64,000 nucleotides of DNA, taken from an uncultured Oscillospiraceae bacterium. GTDB lineage: Bacteria > Bacillota > Clostridia > Christensenellales > CAG-314. The stretch is from contig CAZNZO010000001.1 in the NCBI GenBank assembly GCA_964577535.1, positions 138,954 to 202,953 on the forward strand, in the 5' to 3' direction. This document shows, in pieces, positions 29,630 through 38,516 of the stretch (the stretch's first letter is position 1; each line of letters opens with the position of its first letter). The notes beneath the pieces were generated by a model. The model saw only the letters and a program-made list of their open reading frames with translations. It was not told where the DNA came from and searched no databases. The position numbers and the translations under genes were made by a program.

Positions 29630-29667
29630 CAAAAAAAAGACTAACGACAATTTCGTTAGTCTTTTTG
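29630..29667. terminator. Terminator after manA (bidirectional hairpin)
   Basis: AAGACTAACGA-CAATT-TCGTTAGTCTT, with an 8-A run on the plus strand giving a U-run on the minus strand. Confidence 0.6.
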
Positions 29668-29696
29668 ATGCAAAAAATCAATACGTATGCTGTTTT

Positions 29697-30593
29697 TTAG
29701 TCCACGCAAACAGTCACATAGTCGCCGTCACCTGCAATTTGCACTTTTTCGCCGGCAGAAACAAAATATGTTTCGCCACGCTTTGCAACGGTGCCGTTGA
29801 TGGATATTTGCCCATTCACAACGGAAACAGACGTGAAACTGTTTGCGTTGCGAAGCAACATCGCACCACTGTGACGATAGGCGGAAAAATATTTGCAACC
29901 GCCCAAAAATCCTTCGCGGTGGGCATCGGGAATGTCGTATTTGTTGAAGTTGATAACTTTAAGCGCCTTATCCAAATGCAATTCGCGTTTGTTGCCGTTG
30001 TCGTCCACACGGTCGAAATCGTAAACGCGGTAGGTAAGCGTGCTGTTTTGTTGAATTTCTATTAGCGTTACGCCTGCGCCGATGGCGTGAAGCGTTCTGG
30101 AAGGCACAAAGTAGGTTTCGCCGGCATGAACGGGAACTTGATTCATAAGTTGCGTAACGGTTTTTTCTTGCACCGATTGCAAGAACTGTTGTTCCGTCAC
30201 AGTTTGGTTAAGCCCCAACAACAGATGTGCGTTGGGCTCCGCTTCCAAAATGTACCACATTTCCGTTTTGCCCAGTTGATTTTCGTGTTGCAAGGCGTAG
30301 TCGTCGGAAGGGTGCACCTGCACAGACAACGGCTTTGCTGCATCGATAAACTTAACCAGTGCGGGAAAACGTGAAAACTTTTGGCAGTTTTTGCCAAGGT
30401 CGCTATCTGTTGCAACGTCCATAAGAGGTTTGCCGTCGTGTTCACCGCCCACAATTGTGCTGGGCGATTCTTGGCAAAAGGATAGTTCCCAACTTTCTGC
30501 AACACGAGCAAGATCCGTTTGCTTTCCCCAATTTTTAAGTTTGGTTCCGCCCCATATGTAGTCCTTCAAAGGGGCTTTTAGTTTAACAATCAT
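29697..30593 (-). CDS. manA: Class I mannose-6-phosphate isomerase
   Basis: KDYIWGGTKL, VQVHPSDDYA, and KTEMWYIL cupin motifs. Confidence 0.85.
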   Translation of the reverse strand: MIVKLKAPLKDYIWGGTKLKNWGKQTDLARVAESWELSFCQESPSTIVGGEHDGKPLMDVATDSDLGKNCQKFSRFPALVKFIDAAKPLSVQVHPSDDYALQHENQLGKTEMWYILEAEPNAHLLLGLNQTVTEQQFLQSVQEKTVTQLMNQVPVHAGETYFVPSRTLHAIGAGVTLIEIQQNSTLTYRVYDFDRVDDNGNKRELHLDKALKVINFNKYDIPDAHREGFLGGCKYFSAYRHSGAMLLRNANSFTSVSVVNGQISINGTVAKRGETYFVSAGEKVQIAGDGDYVTVCVD

Positions 30594-30617
30594 ATTCTAC
30601 CTAAACCAAATTTGCAG

Positions 30618-31757
30618 TTACTTTGTGTAGATTTTGGCAACTTCATCCAAAAATTCTTTCTTTTTGGAATAGTTTTTAACGCTGCAAGCGTTTTCGAAAT
30701 CCTTTAGCTTTTGCTTTTGAGAATTGTTGACGCCTTTGGGCACTTCCACCATCACCGTAACGTACAGGTCGCCGCTTACGCCCCTTGCCGTTTTGATGCC
30801 CTTGCCACGGAAACGAATGGTTTCGCCATTGGCAATGCCTTCGGGCAGTTTGTAGATAAACACGCCTTCGGGAGAGGGAATTTCCACTTCACCGCCGCAC
30901 ACAGCAGTTGCAAAGCTGATGGGCAAAGTTACTTTTAGGTCGAAATTTTCGCGCGTGAAAATTTTGCTAGGCTTGACGGAAATTACCAACAACAAGTTGC
31001 CGTTGCGCCCGCTTTTGCCCTTCATTGCGTTGCCTTCGCCTGCCAGTTGCAACACAGCGCCGTTTTCGACGCCGGCCGGAATGGAAACGTTGATAACCTT
31101 ATTGCGGTTAACAACACCTTTTCCGCCGCACGCTTTGCAATTTTCCGTCACGATAGTGCCGGTGCCGTCGCATGCATCGCACGCGCCGATGGTTATTTGT
31201 TGGCCAAACAGCGTCGAACGGGTGTAACGTCTTTGGCCAGTGCCGTTGCACTTATCGCATTTTTTAACGTGAGCGTCGTCCTTGGCGCCAGTGCCGCTGC
31301 AAGTGGGACATTTTTCTACACGTGTGAAAGTGATTGGCTTTTTGCAACCCAAAATCGATTCCATAAAAGTCAATTCCAAAGTGTAGGTTATGTCGCTACC
31401 CGAAGTGTTGTTGCTTCTTCTGCGAGAAGATGTGCCGCCAAAACCGAAGGCATCACTGAACATATCGAAAATATCGTCGAAACCGCTTGCGGAATAAGCG
31501 CCGCCGCCAAACGGGTTGAAACCGGCACCGCCGGCACCCATATCCATTTCGCCACGGTCGTAGCGTTGACGTTTTTCGGCATCGCCCACAATCGAATAGG
31601 CTTCGTTAACTTCCTTAAACTTTTCGGCTGCAGCAGCATCGCCCGGATGCAAGTCGGGGTGATACTGTTTGGCAAGTTTTCGATATGCCGATTTTATTTC
31701 GTCCTGAGATGCCGTTTTGGCAACCCCAAGCGTTTGATAATAGTCTTTTTGTGGCAT
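30618..31757 (-). CDS. dnaJ: Co-chaperone DnaJ
   Basis: J domain (DYYQTLGV...YHPD), G/F-rich region, and four CxxCxGxG repeats. Confidence 0.95.
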   Translation of the reverse strand: MPQKDYYQTLGVAKTASQDEIKSAYRKLAKQYHPDLHPGDAAAAEKFKEVNEAYSIVGDAEKRQRYDRGEMDMGAGGAGFNPFGGGAYSASGFDDIFDMFSDAFGFGGTSSRRRSNNTSGSDITYTLELTFMESILGCKKPITFTRVEKCPTCSGTGAKDDAHVKKCDKCNGTGQRRYTRSTLFGQQITIGACDACDGTGTIVTENCKACGGKGVVNRNKVINVSIPAGVENGAVLQLAGEGNAMKGKSGRNGNLLLVISVKPSKIFTRENFDLKVTLPISFATAVCGGEVEIPSPEGVFIYKLPEGIANGETIRFRGKGIKTARGVSGDLYVTVMVEVPKGVNNSQKQKLKDFENACSVKNYSKKKEFLDEVAKIYTK

Positions 31758-31842
31758 TTTTGTTCCTTCTATAAGCCAACAGAAGGCACCGACTTTCGTC
31801 GGTTCCTTCCGCAGACTGGTTTATTTTAGTTATTGAACCCAA

Positions 31843-33663
31843 TTAGTTTTCGTCGTGCACGTCGTAGTGAACGTCGCTGCCATCAGCTTGCGTGCTGCTT
31901 TGAGCGCCGTTTGCTTGTTGTGCTTGTTGATAGAATTTTTGGAAAATGCTTGCGCTGCTTTGAGCAATGCGATCGGTTTCCGCCTTCAATTCTTCGGTGG
32001 TTACACCGGATCTATCCAAAACTTCTTTGCCTTTCTTTATTTCTTCTTCCAAAGTGCTCTTATCGGCAGCATCCAACTTGTCGCCGCTTTCGCGAATGAA
32101 TTGTTCCAAAGAAAGAATCATTTGATCCAAGCCGTTGTGCGCTTCCACTGCTTCCTTGCGTTTTTTGTCTTCTTCTGCATATTTTTCGGCATCCTTAATG
32201 GCTTTGTCGATATCTGCATCGGAAAGGTTTGTGGAGGAAGTGATGGTTACGGATTGTTCCTTTTGAGTGCCAAGGTCTTTTGCCGTTACGTGAACTATGC
32301 CGTTGGCGTCGATATCGAACTTAACTTCGATTTGAGGAATTCCGCGAGGTGCCGGTGCAATGCCTGTCAACGAGAAACGTCCCAAAGTTTTGTTATCGGC
32401 AGCCATTTCGCGTTCACCTTGCAAAACGTGAATATCAACGCTTGTTTGGTTATCGGCAGCTGTGGAGAACACTTGCGATTTGCTGGTGGGGATGGTTGTG
32501 TTGCGGTCGATAAGCTTTGCCATTACGCCGCCAAGCACTTCGATGCCCAACGACAACGGTGTTACGTCTAGCAACAAAACGTCTTTAACTTCTCCGCCAA
32601 GAACGCCGCCTTGAATGGATGCACCGATTGCAACGCATTCGTCGGGGTTGATTCCTTTGTAGGGTTCTTTGCCGCTGAAATTCTTAACTGCTTCCACAAC
32701 GGCAGGAATACGAGTGGAACCACCAACCAAAATAACTCTGTTAAGGTCGTTGTTGGAAACGCCTGCATCGGCCATGGCTTTCTTCATGGGGTCGATGGTC
32801 TTTTTGATGATGCCGTCGATCAAGCTTTCGAACTTAGCGCGGGAAATTTCAATTTCCAAGTGTTTGGGACCGGTTGCATCTGCCGTGATGAAGGGCAACG
32901 AAACTGTGGTTTTAAGAGCCGAAGACAATTCGATTTTTGCCTTTTCTGCTGCTTCTTTCAAACGTTGCAACGCTTGTTTGTCGTTGGAAAGATCAATTCC
33001 GTTGGTGCGTTTGAATTCGGAAATTAGGTAGTCCATCACAATTCTGTCGATGTCGTCGCCGCCCAAACGGTTGTTGCCGTTGGTTGCCAAAACTTCGAAC
33101 ACTCCGTCGCCAATTTCCAAAATGGAAACGTCGAAGGTGCCGCCACCCAAGTCGTAGATCAAAATCTTTTGGTTTTTGTTTTCGCCCTTATCCAAACCGT
33201 ATGCAAGTGCTGCGGCGGTGGGTTCGTTGATTATACGCAAAACTTCCAAACCGGCAATTTTGCCTGCATCCTTGGTTGCTTGACGTTGTGCGTCGGAAAA
33301 GTATGCAGGAACAGTGATGACTGCTTGCGTAACTTTTTCGCCAAGGTAAGCTTCGGCATCGGCTTTAAGTTTGCCAAGAATAATTGCGGAAATTTCTTGC
33401 GGCGAATATTTTTTGCCGTCGATATCCACGTTGTAGTTGGAGCCCATTTCGCGTTTGATGGACAAAACGGTTCTATCGCCGTTTACCACTGCTTGACGTT
33501 TTGCGGCTTGGCCAACCAAGCGTTCGCCATCCTTAGTGAATGCCACAACGGACGGGGTTGTTCTGTTGCCTTCTGCGTTGGTGATAACGACGGGTTCGCC
33601 GCCTTCAAGCACTGCAACGCAACTGTTAGTAGTACCAAGGTCTATACCGATAATTTTTCCCAT
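31843..33663 (-). CDS. dnaK: Chaperone DnaK (Hsp70)
   Basis: [23 protein letters not shown], and the full Hsp70 architecture. Confidence 0.97.
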   Translation of the reverse strand: MGKIIGIDLGTTNSCVAVLEGGEPVVITNAEGNRTTPSVVAFTKDGERLVGQAAKRQAVVNGDRTVLSIKREMGSNYNVDIDGKKYSPQEISAIILGKLKADAEAYLGEKVTQAVITVPAYFSDAQRQATKDAGKIAGLEVLRIINEPTAAALAYGLDKGENKNQKILIYDLGGGTFDVSILEIGDGVFEVLATNGNNRLGGDDIDRIVMDYLISEFKRTNGIDLSNDKQALQRLKEAAEKAKIELSSALKTTVSLPFITADATGPKHLEIEISRAKFESLIDGIIKKTIDPMKKAMADAGVSNNDLNRVILVGGSTRIPAVVEAVKNFSGKEPYKGINPDECVAIGASIQGGVLGGEVKDVLLLDVTPLSLGIEVLGGVMAKLIDRNTTIPTSKSQVFSTAADNQTSVDIHVLQGEREMAADNKTLGRFSLTGIAPAPRGIPQIEVKFDIDANGIVHVTAKDLGTQKEQSVTITSSTNLSDADIDKAIKDAEKYAEEDKKRKEAVEAHNGLDQMILSLEQFIRESGDKLDAADKSTLEEEIKKGKEVLDRSGVTTEELKAETDRIAQSSASIFQKFYQQAQQANGAQSSTQADGSDVHYDVHDEN

Positions 33664-33762
33664 AATATATATCTCCTTTTTGTTAACTGATTTATTTACG
33701 TTCCCCCGTCGAGGGGGATTGCTGTCTTGTTAATGCTTTTGATTTTCCGTTTGCAAATTTTG

Positions 33763-33963
33763 TTACTTATTTGTTAACTTTTTTAGTTTTTGCTGGTCGC
33801 TAACGTACATTTCCACCTGTCCGCATTTGGGACACACGGCACATTCCACTTTGGCAAGGGTGCCAAAAATGCCTTTTGTGCCCACACTGAAACCGTTCGT
33901 GGTACCCGTGCGTGCTTCCAATCCTTCCACCATGGGTGTGTTGCATCTAGCACAATTTCTCAT
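33763..33963 (-). CDS. 66-aa zinc-ribbon protein encoded between grpE and dnaK
   Basis: CARC (residues 4-7) and CAVCPKCG (residues 42-49). The ATG is 3 nt after the grpE stop, with its GGAG Shine-Dalgarno inside the grpE 3' end. Confidence 0.6.
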   Translation of the reverse strand: MRNCARCNTPMVEGLEARTGTTNGFSVGTKGIFGTLAKVECAVCPKCGQVEMYVSDQQKLKKLTNK

Positions 33964-33966
33964 AAC

Positions 33967-34542
33967 TTACGCTCCTACAATAACTTCGGCATAGCGAATA
34001 ACTTTTTCGCCCATAAAATAGCCGTTTTTATAAACTTCCACAACCTTGCCGCTGTTTTCGGGGCCATAATCCATTTGGGAAAGTGCGTTCATTGTTACGT
34101 GATCGAACTCCTTGCCCAAAACTTCCATTTGAAAAACGTTTAGGCTGTTTAGCGTTTGCACAAATTGTTGGTGCACCATTTCGAAAGCTTTGATTGTATC
34201 TTCGTCTTTTAGGTGTTTCAAGGCAATTTCGAAAGTGTCGGCAATTTCGATAAGTTTGGATGCCACGCTTTGCACGCCTTCTAGTTTAGCCTGTTCGGTG
34301 TTCACCCTCATTCTGCGCTTGTAGCTATCAAAATCGTTCTTCAGGGCCACAAGTTGGTTAAGATATGTGTCGGATTTATCCGCCGAACTTTGCAACCGTG
34401 CAACGGTTTTTTGAAGTTTTTGATTTTCCGCTTGCAAGTTTTCTATTTGCTGTTCAAGTTCTGCCGTTGTTACAACGGGCGTTTCCTGAACTTCTGGTGT
34501 GGACGGTGTTTCGGCACCGGCCTTTTTTGCTTCTTTGCTCAT
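33967..34542 (-). CDS. grpE: Nucleotide exchange factor GrpE
   Basis: Coiled-coil N-terminus, then the FDHVTMNA...GY..GEKVIRYAEV beta domain. Operon position also fits. Confidence 0.92.
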   Translation of the reverse strand: MSKEAKKAGAETPSTPEVQETPVVTTAELEQQIENLQAENQKLQKTVARLQSSADKSDTYLNQLVALKNDFDSYKRRMRVNTEQAKLEGVQSVASKLIEIADTFEIALKHLKDEDTIKAFEMVHQQFVQTLNSLNVFQMEVLGKEFDHVTMNALSQMDYGPENSGKVVEVYKNGYFMGEKVIRYAEVIVGA

Positions 34543-35567
34543 TTATTTCCCTTCCCTATCAAATCGATTATCAAACTGCTGATTTTATCCAACACACACA
34601 AAACTTTTTTGTAGTTCATGCGCATGGGGCCGATAACGCCGATGGAACCGCTCACGTTATCGCCAAACGGAACACGGGTAATGATAACGGCGCAACCTTC
34701 GGGAGCGTTATCTTCCTTGCCGATTTTAACCGTCATGGCGCCGTCTTGTCCGCCATCGTCGGTGAACAGCTGTGCAATTTGTTCCTTGCGTTCCATTTGC
34801 AACAAAAACTTTTCGGCATTGGCCACGTCAGCATATTCACTGTGTTGAAAAATCCTGTTTTCGCCGTACGTTTCCACTGCCATGCCGTTTTCCAGCGACA
34901 CGCGTTTTAGCACGTCAATTATCTTTTTGAACACGGCGTTATATTGTTGAAATTCGTCGTTGACTAGCGCATAGGGATAGTCGAAGTTGACAAATTCCGA
35001 AACGTGCTTGCCCACAAACAATTTGTTTAGCCAGCGCTCGGCATCTTGCAAAATACCTTCGGTAAATTCTTCCGGAACGTCCACAATGCCATCTTTTAGC
35101 ACGCGCGAATCGGTTACTATAACCGCCAGCATTTTGCCGTTGCGCAAATCTACCAGGCGAATGGCCACAATGCTATCGGACATATCCGACTTGACCACCA
35201 CCGACGTGTAGTTGGTAACTTCGGAAATAACGTGCGTAACCGCAGTTATCACGTCTTCCAGCGTGGATATCTTGCGGAAAAAGTACTTGCGAATTATTTC
35301 CACTTCCGCTTCCGTCAACGGCTCGGTTGTGGCTAGTTCGTCAACGTAGAAACGAAAGGCCTTTTCCGAAGGCACACGGCCGGCAGAAACGTGCGGCTGA
35401 ACCAAATAGCCCATGCTCTCTAGCGCGGACAATTCGTTTCGTATCGTGGCGGAAGAACATTCCGGCAAATAGTTTTGCTGAATGTCCTTGCTGCTTATGG
35501 GTGACGCCTTGTCGATATAACCGTCCACGACGGCGCTAAGAATTTTTTTCTTTCTTTCCGAAAGCAT
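34539..35567 (-). CDS. hrcA: Heat-inducible transcription repressor HrcA
   Basis: MLSERKKKILSAVVDGYI...SS.TIRNELSALE. Start at 35567 behind GGAAGGTG. Confidence 0.92.
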   Translation of the reverse strand: MLSERKKKILSAVVDGYIDKASPISSKDIQQNYLPECSSATIRNELSALESMGYLVQPHVSAGRVPSEKAFRFYVDELATTEPLTEAEVEIIRKYFFRKISTLEDVITAVTHVISEVTNYTSVVVKSDMSDSIVAIRLVDLRNGKMLAVIVTDSRVLKDGIVDVPEEFTEGILQDAERWLNKLFVGKHVSEFVNFDYPYALVNDEFQQYNAVFKKIIDVLKRVSLENGMAVETYGENRIFQHSEYADVANAEKFLLQMERKEQIAQLFTDDGGQDGAMTVKIGKEDNAPEGCAVIITRVPFGDNVSGSIGVIGPMRMNYKKVLCVLDKISSLIIDLIGKGNK

Positions 35568-35607
35568 TTGTTCACCTTCCGTTGCTGACACAATTTTTGC
35601 AAGAGTG

Positions 35608-35634
35608 TTAGCACTCTCGGCAGTCGATTGCTAA
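35608..35634 (-). promoter_or_regulatory. CIRCE operator (HrcA binding site)
   Basis: Minus strand reads TTAGCAATC-N9-GAGTGCTAA against the consensus TTAGCACTC-N9-GAGTGCTAA. It lies between the promoter and the hrcA start. Confidence 0.85.
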
Positions 35635-35645
35635 TTTCTGCTATC

Positions 35646-35674
35646 AATATACCACTATATGCCCCGAATGTCAA
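35646..35674 (-). promoter_or_regulatory. SigmaA promoter of the hrcA-grpE-dnaK-dnaJ operon
   Basis: Minus strand: TTGACA, 17-nt spacer, TATATT, located immediately upstream of CIRCE. Confidence 0.7.
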
Positions 35675-35792
35675 TGATTTACACACTTTTTCTATAAAAT
35701 TTTTGACAATTTGCAAAAAATTTGGCGCCAATAAAATTTTTGATATCAAAAAAACATTTTGATTGCAACAACTCGCAAAGCCCTCGCTTAAA

Positions 35793-35823
35793 ACAAAAAA
35801 ACTCAACTTAAACAAAAGTTGAG
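35793..35823 (-). terminator. Rho-independent terminator (copy A of a duplicated module)
   Basis: Minus strand: CTCAACTT-TTGTTT-AAGTTGAG followed by seven T. Confidence 0.6.
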
Positions 35824-35900
35824 TTGATTAAAACGTTTATAACAATTATTGTTTGTCGGTGCAATGCAATTTGTTGCCAGCATTCACACGACCTTACCAA
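35796..35900 (-). repeat. Copy A of a tandemly duplicated ~105-nt non-coding module
   Basis: 37 nt (35796-35832) are identical to 35994-36030. A further ~70 nt are ~75% identical to copy B by eye. Confidence 0.7.
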
Positions 35901-35991
35901 AGAGCAAAAATATAGCGGCACGTTGCGCATACAAAACCGCAGGTGTTACTTTGTGCTAGGCAAAAACATGAAAACCACTACTTCACCCCAA

Positions 35992-36021
35992 ACAAAAAAC
36001 TCAACTTAAACAAAAGTTGAG
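35992..36021 (-). terminator. Rho-independent terminator (copy B), probable terminator of the dinB-esterase transcript
   Basis: Same hairpin as copy A, followed by six T. It lies ~155 nt downstream of the esterase stop. Confidence 0.6.
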
Positions 36022-36096
36022 TTGATTAAAGTATTTATGCAAATTGTTGTTTTGTGCCGCAATGCAATTTTTTGCCTGCGCGCACGACTTTGTCAA
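35994..36096 (-). repeat. Copy B of the duplicated ~105-nt module
   Basis: See copy A. The two copies are offset by 198 bp. Confidence 0.7.
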
Positions 36097-36174
36097 ACGG
36101 CAAAATTTTGTGCAAATTGCCGCTCACACAAAACAATCATGCGCCATTGCGCAGTGGCGGCCAAATATGCAAAT

Positions 36175-37116
36175 CTATTGCCGGCCCTCTTGGGCAAAAT
36201 GCTCGTTCAAAAAGGCAATTGTGCGTTCGTTGGTTTTCTTGGCCATTGCCGTGAACCAATTTAGACTGTAAACGTGGTTATCAAAAACGGATTTTGCACA
36301 AATACACTCGGTTGGAACGTTGTTTTCCGTTAGTATGCGGCAAAGTTCTTCGCCCTGACCACGACAAAACAAATCGTTTGCGGAATAGATAAGCAACGTT
36401 TGCGGAAACTGCGGTGTTACGTGTTTTGTAAGCGTAACGCCATCGAAATAGGGGCTTTGAACAGCCTCTTTGGATTCCATACCCATAAGCTCGCGACTTA
36501 TTCCAGAAATGAGCAGTTTGGTTTTGCTCATGGCAAGTTGCATATCGTATACGCCACAGTTTAGCACAGCCGCCGTTATTTTTGTGTTAAGCTTGCAATC
36601 GAAAAGCTGCTGCAAATGCTCGCTCCCCTGCAAAACGCACAAAAAACATGCGTAAAATGCGCCGGCGCTGTCGCCCGTCACCACAAAGTGAGAAAGATCC
36701 ATGCGATATTTTTCGGCATTTTCCGCCACCCAGTTGACGGCTTCGGCCAGTTGTTGCATGGGAATGGGGCACGCTGAGGCGGAACCAACGCCGTAGTTGA
36801 CGTTGACTACCATGCCGTGCGTGTGTTGCGCATAGTAACGAGACAAACAGCGACGATATTTTTTGTCGCCGGCAGAAAAACCACCGCCGTGAATTTCGAA
36901 AATTACCGGATATTTTTCCTGATCGGGCATGAAAAACAAATCTAGCGCCATTTGAGGATACTTCTGCGAATAGCCCACGTCGCTTACGCACTGCACGTTG
37001 CCCAGTTGTTTTTCCAACGCCTTGGGGTTTTGTGGAAACTCACAAATTTTGTCGATTGTTTCGAACATCACTCTGGTCAAACTAAAATTTTTATCGGCAG
37101 ATTTTTTGTTTTTCAT
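36175..37116 (-). CDS. Alpha/beta hydrolase, HSL-type esterase/lipase
   Basis: HGGGF oxyanion motif (EIHGGGFSAG) and nucleophile elbow (GDSAGA). Confidence 0.8.
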   Translation of the reverse strand: MKNKKSADKNFSLTRVMFETIDKICEFPQNPKALEKQLGNVQCVSDVGYSQKYPQMALDLFFMPDQEKYPVIFEIHGGGFSAGDKKYRRCLSRYYAQHTHGMVVNVNYGVGSASACPIPMQQLAEAVNWVAENAEKYRMDLSHFVVTGDSAGAFYACFLCVLQGSEHLQQLFDCKLNTKITAAVLNCGVYDMQLAMSKTKLLISGISRELMGMESKEAVQSPYFDGVTLTKHVTPQFPQTLLIYSANDLFCRGQGEELCRILTENNVPTECICAKSVFDNHVYSLNWFTAMAKKTNERTIAFLNEHFAQEGRQ

Positions 37117-37132
37117 ACGTTCTCCAGAAATT

Positions 37133-38356
37133 TCACCTTTTGAAGGGTAACAGATCTTCTTCGGCCATCATGCCCTTTTGCACCAAATCGTTGTTTAGTT
37201 GGTTTGCCTTTGTTATTGCAGCAAAACCAAACTTTTTGCGAATTTTATCCACAGAAAATTCCAGTTGCTTTTGCTTTTCGTTGTCGGCTTGAAACAACGA
37301 TGCTTGAATGCCGGCGGATGCTTCTTGCAACTTAGATACCGCTACCGTTAGCGAACGCAATGGAAGATCCGTTTCGCCCGCCCAAACAAGGCGCAATAGC
37401 CGCGCGGCAACGGTGAAAATATCTTTGGAAACGCAGGTCGGCGCAACTGTTGTTTGCTTGCTTTCGTGCGTGAGATTGTTGCGTCGCACATCTAAATGCA
37501 CCACACTGCCCACATAGCCATAGCGGCGCAAGCGGGTTGCAACCATTTCGGATAGTACGCTTATCACCACTTCTGCATCGGCATAGGTACGCATATCACG
37601 CAAAGTTGTTGTGCCGTGGCTTACGCTTTTTATTTCCCTTTCCACACCGGCTTCGCGCACGGGGTCGCAATCGCCACCGGCGGCACAGGTTTTTAGCCTT
37701 TCGCCCACCACGCCGAAACGCTTTTGCAACGCAACGGAACTGGCGTTGGCCAAGTCGCCCAAAGTGTAAACTCCCATTTCGTTTAGTTTTTGCGCCGTAT
37801 GCGGCCCAACCATCAACATTTCCGAAACGGCAAGCGGCCACACCACATCTTTGAAATTTTCCCCAGAAATAACAGTGGTAGCATCCGGCTTTTTCAAATC
37901 GCTGCCAAGCTTTGCAAAAGTTTTGTTGAAGGAAACGCCAACGGAAATTGTTAGCCCTGTTTCTTTGCGCACGTCGGCGCGAATTTTTTCGGCAATTTGA
38001 AAAGGCGTGCCAAACATTTTGCTGTGCGTAACATCCAACCAACATTCGTCCAAGCCAAAACCTTCCACACGGTCGGTGTAGCGTTCGTAAATGGCGCGCA
38101 CACGCTGAGAAAAATGAACGTAGTAGTCGAAGTGCGGCGGAACGCAAATAAGCTGCGGACACTTTTGTTTTGCTTGCCAAATGGCCTCACCCGTTTTCAC
38201 TCCCATTTGCTTTGCGGCAGTGTTTTTGGCAAGGATAATGCCACTGCGCGTTTCTGGATTGCCCGACACGGCAACAAACTTGCCTTTTAGGTCGGGGTTC
38301 AGAACCTGCTCAACAGAAGCATAGAAATTATTCAAATCGCAGTGCAAAACGTCCAC
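37133..38356 (-). CDS. dinB: Y-family DNA polymerase IV
   Basis: VLHCDLNNFYASVEQ...LDECWLDVT. GTG start behind GAGGTG. Confidence 0.9.
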   Translation of the reverse strand: MDVLHCDLNNFYASVEQVLNPDLKGKFVAVSGNPETRSGIILAKNTAAKQMGVKTGEAIWQAKQKCPQLICVPPHFDYYVHFSQRVRAIYERYTDRVEGFGLDECWLDVTHSKMFGTPFQIAEKIRADVRKETGLTISVGVSFNKTFAKLGSDLKKPDATTVISGENFKDVVWPLAVSEMLMVGPHTAQKLNEMGVYTLGDLANASSVALQKRFGVVGERLKTCAAGGDCDPVREAGVEREIKSVSHGTTTLRDMRTYADAEVVISVLSEMVATRLRRYGYVGSVVHLDVRRNNLTHESKQTTVAPTCVSKDIFTVAARLLRLVWAGETDLPLRSLTVAVSKLQEASAGIQASLFQADNEKQKQLEFSVDKIRKKFGFAAITKANQLNNDLVQKGMMAEEDLLPFKR

Positions 38357-38394
38357 TTGTCACCTCGCCAAACAACTTGTTTGCTAGTGCATAA

Positions 38395-38423
38395 ATAATA
38401 GAACATTTGTTTTGTATTGTCAA
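38395..38423 (-). promoter_or_regulatory. SigmaA promoter of dinB with an embedded LexA-like box
   Basis: Minus strand: TTGACA, 17-nt spacer, TATTAT. The spacer and -10 carry AAAACAAATGTTCT (38400-38413), which is GAAC-N4-GTTT against the Firmicute SOS box GAAC-N4-GTTC (one mismatch). Confidence 0.55.
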
Positions 38424-38516
38424 GAGATGGCACAAAATTATTTTGCGCTAGTTTTTCATTTTTGAAAGCCATGCGCCTATGCAAAACGCCGCAAAAAAGC
38501 GGCGTTAAAAAAGCTA

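Noticed and set aside
33702-33718. The hairpin TCCCCC-GTCGA-GGGGGA between the zinc-ribbon ORF and dnaK was considered as an operon-internal terminator.
   Set aside because: No U-run follows it on the minus strand. It is more likely an mRNA processing or stability element. It is mentioned under the zinc-ribbon finding.
35793-36096. The repeat was considered as a possible CRISPR array.
   Set aside because: There are only two copies, the period is 198 bp, the similarity extends ~105 nt, and no cas genes are present.
35824-36264. Plus-strand Cys-rich small ORFs (61 aa and 80 aa, TTG starts) inside the duplicated module, considered as possible RiPP precursor or type I toxin genes.
   Set aside because: There is no Shine-Dalgarno and no ATG. 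The second ORF runs 90 nt antisense into the esterase gene. The differences between copies look like local 1-nt shifts rather than codon-preserving changes, and the hydrophobic stretch is interrupted by Arg. I kept this only as a minor alternative under the repeat finding.
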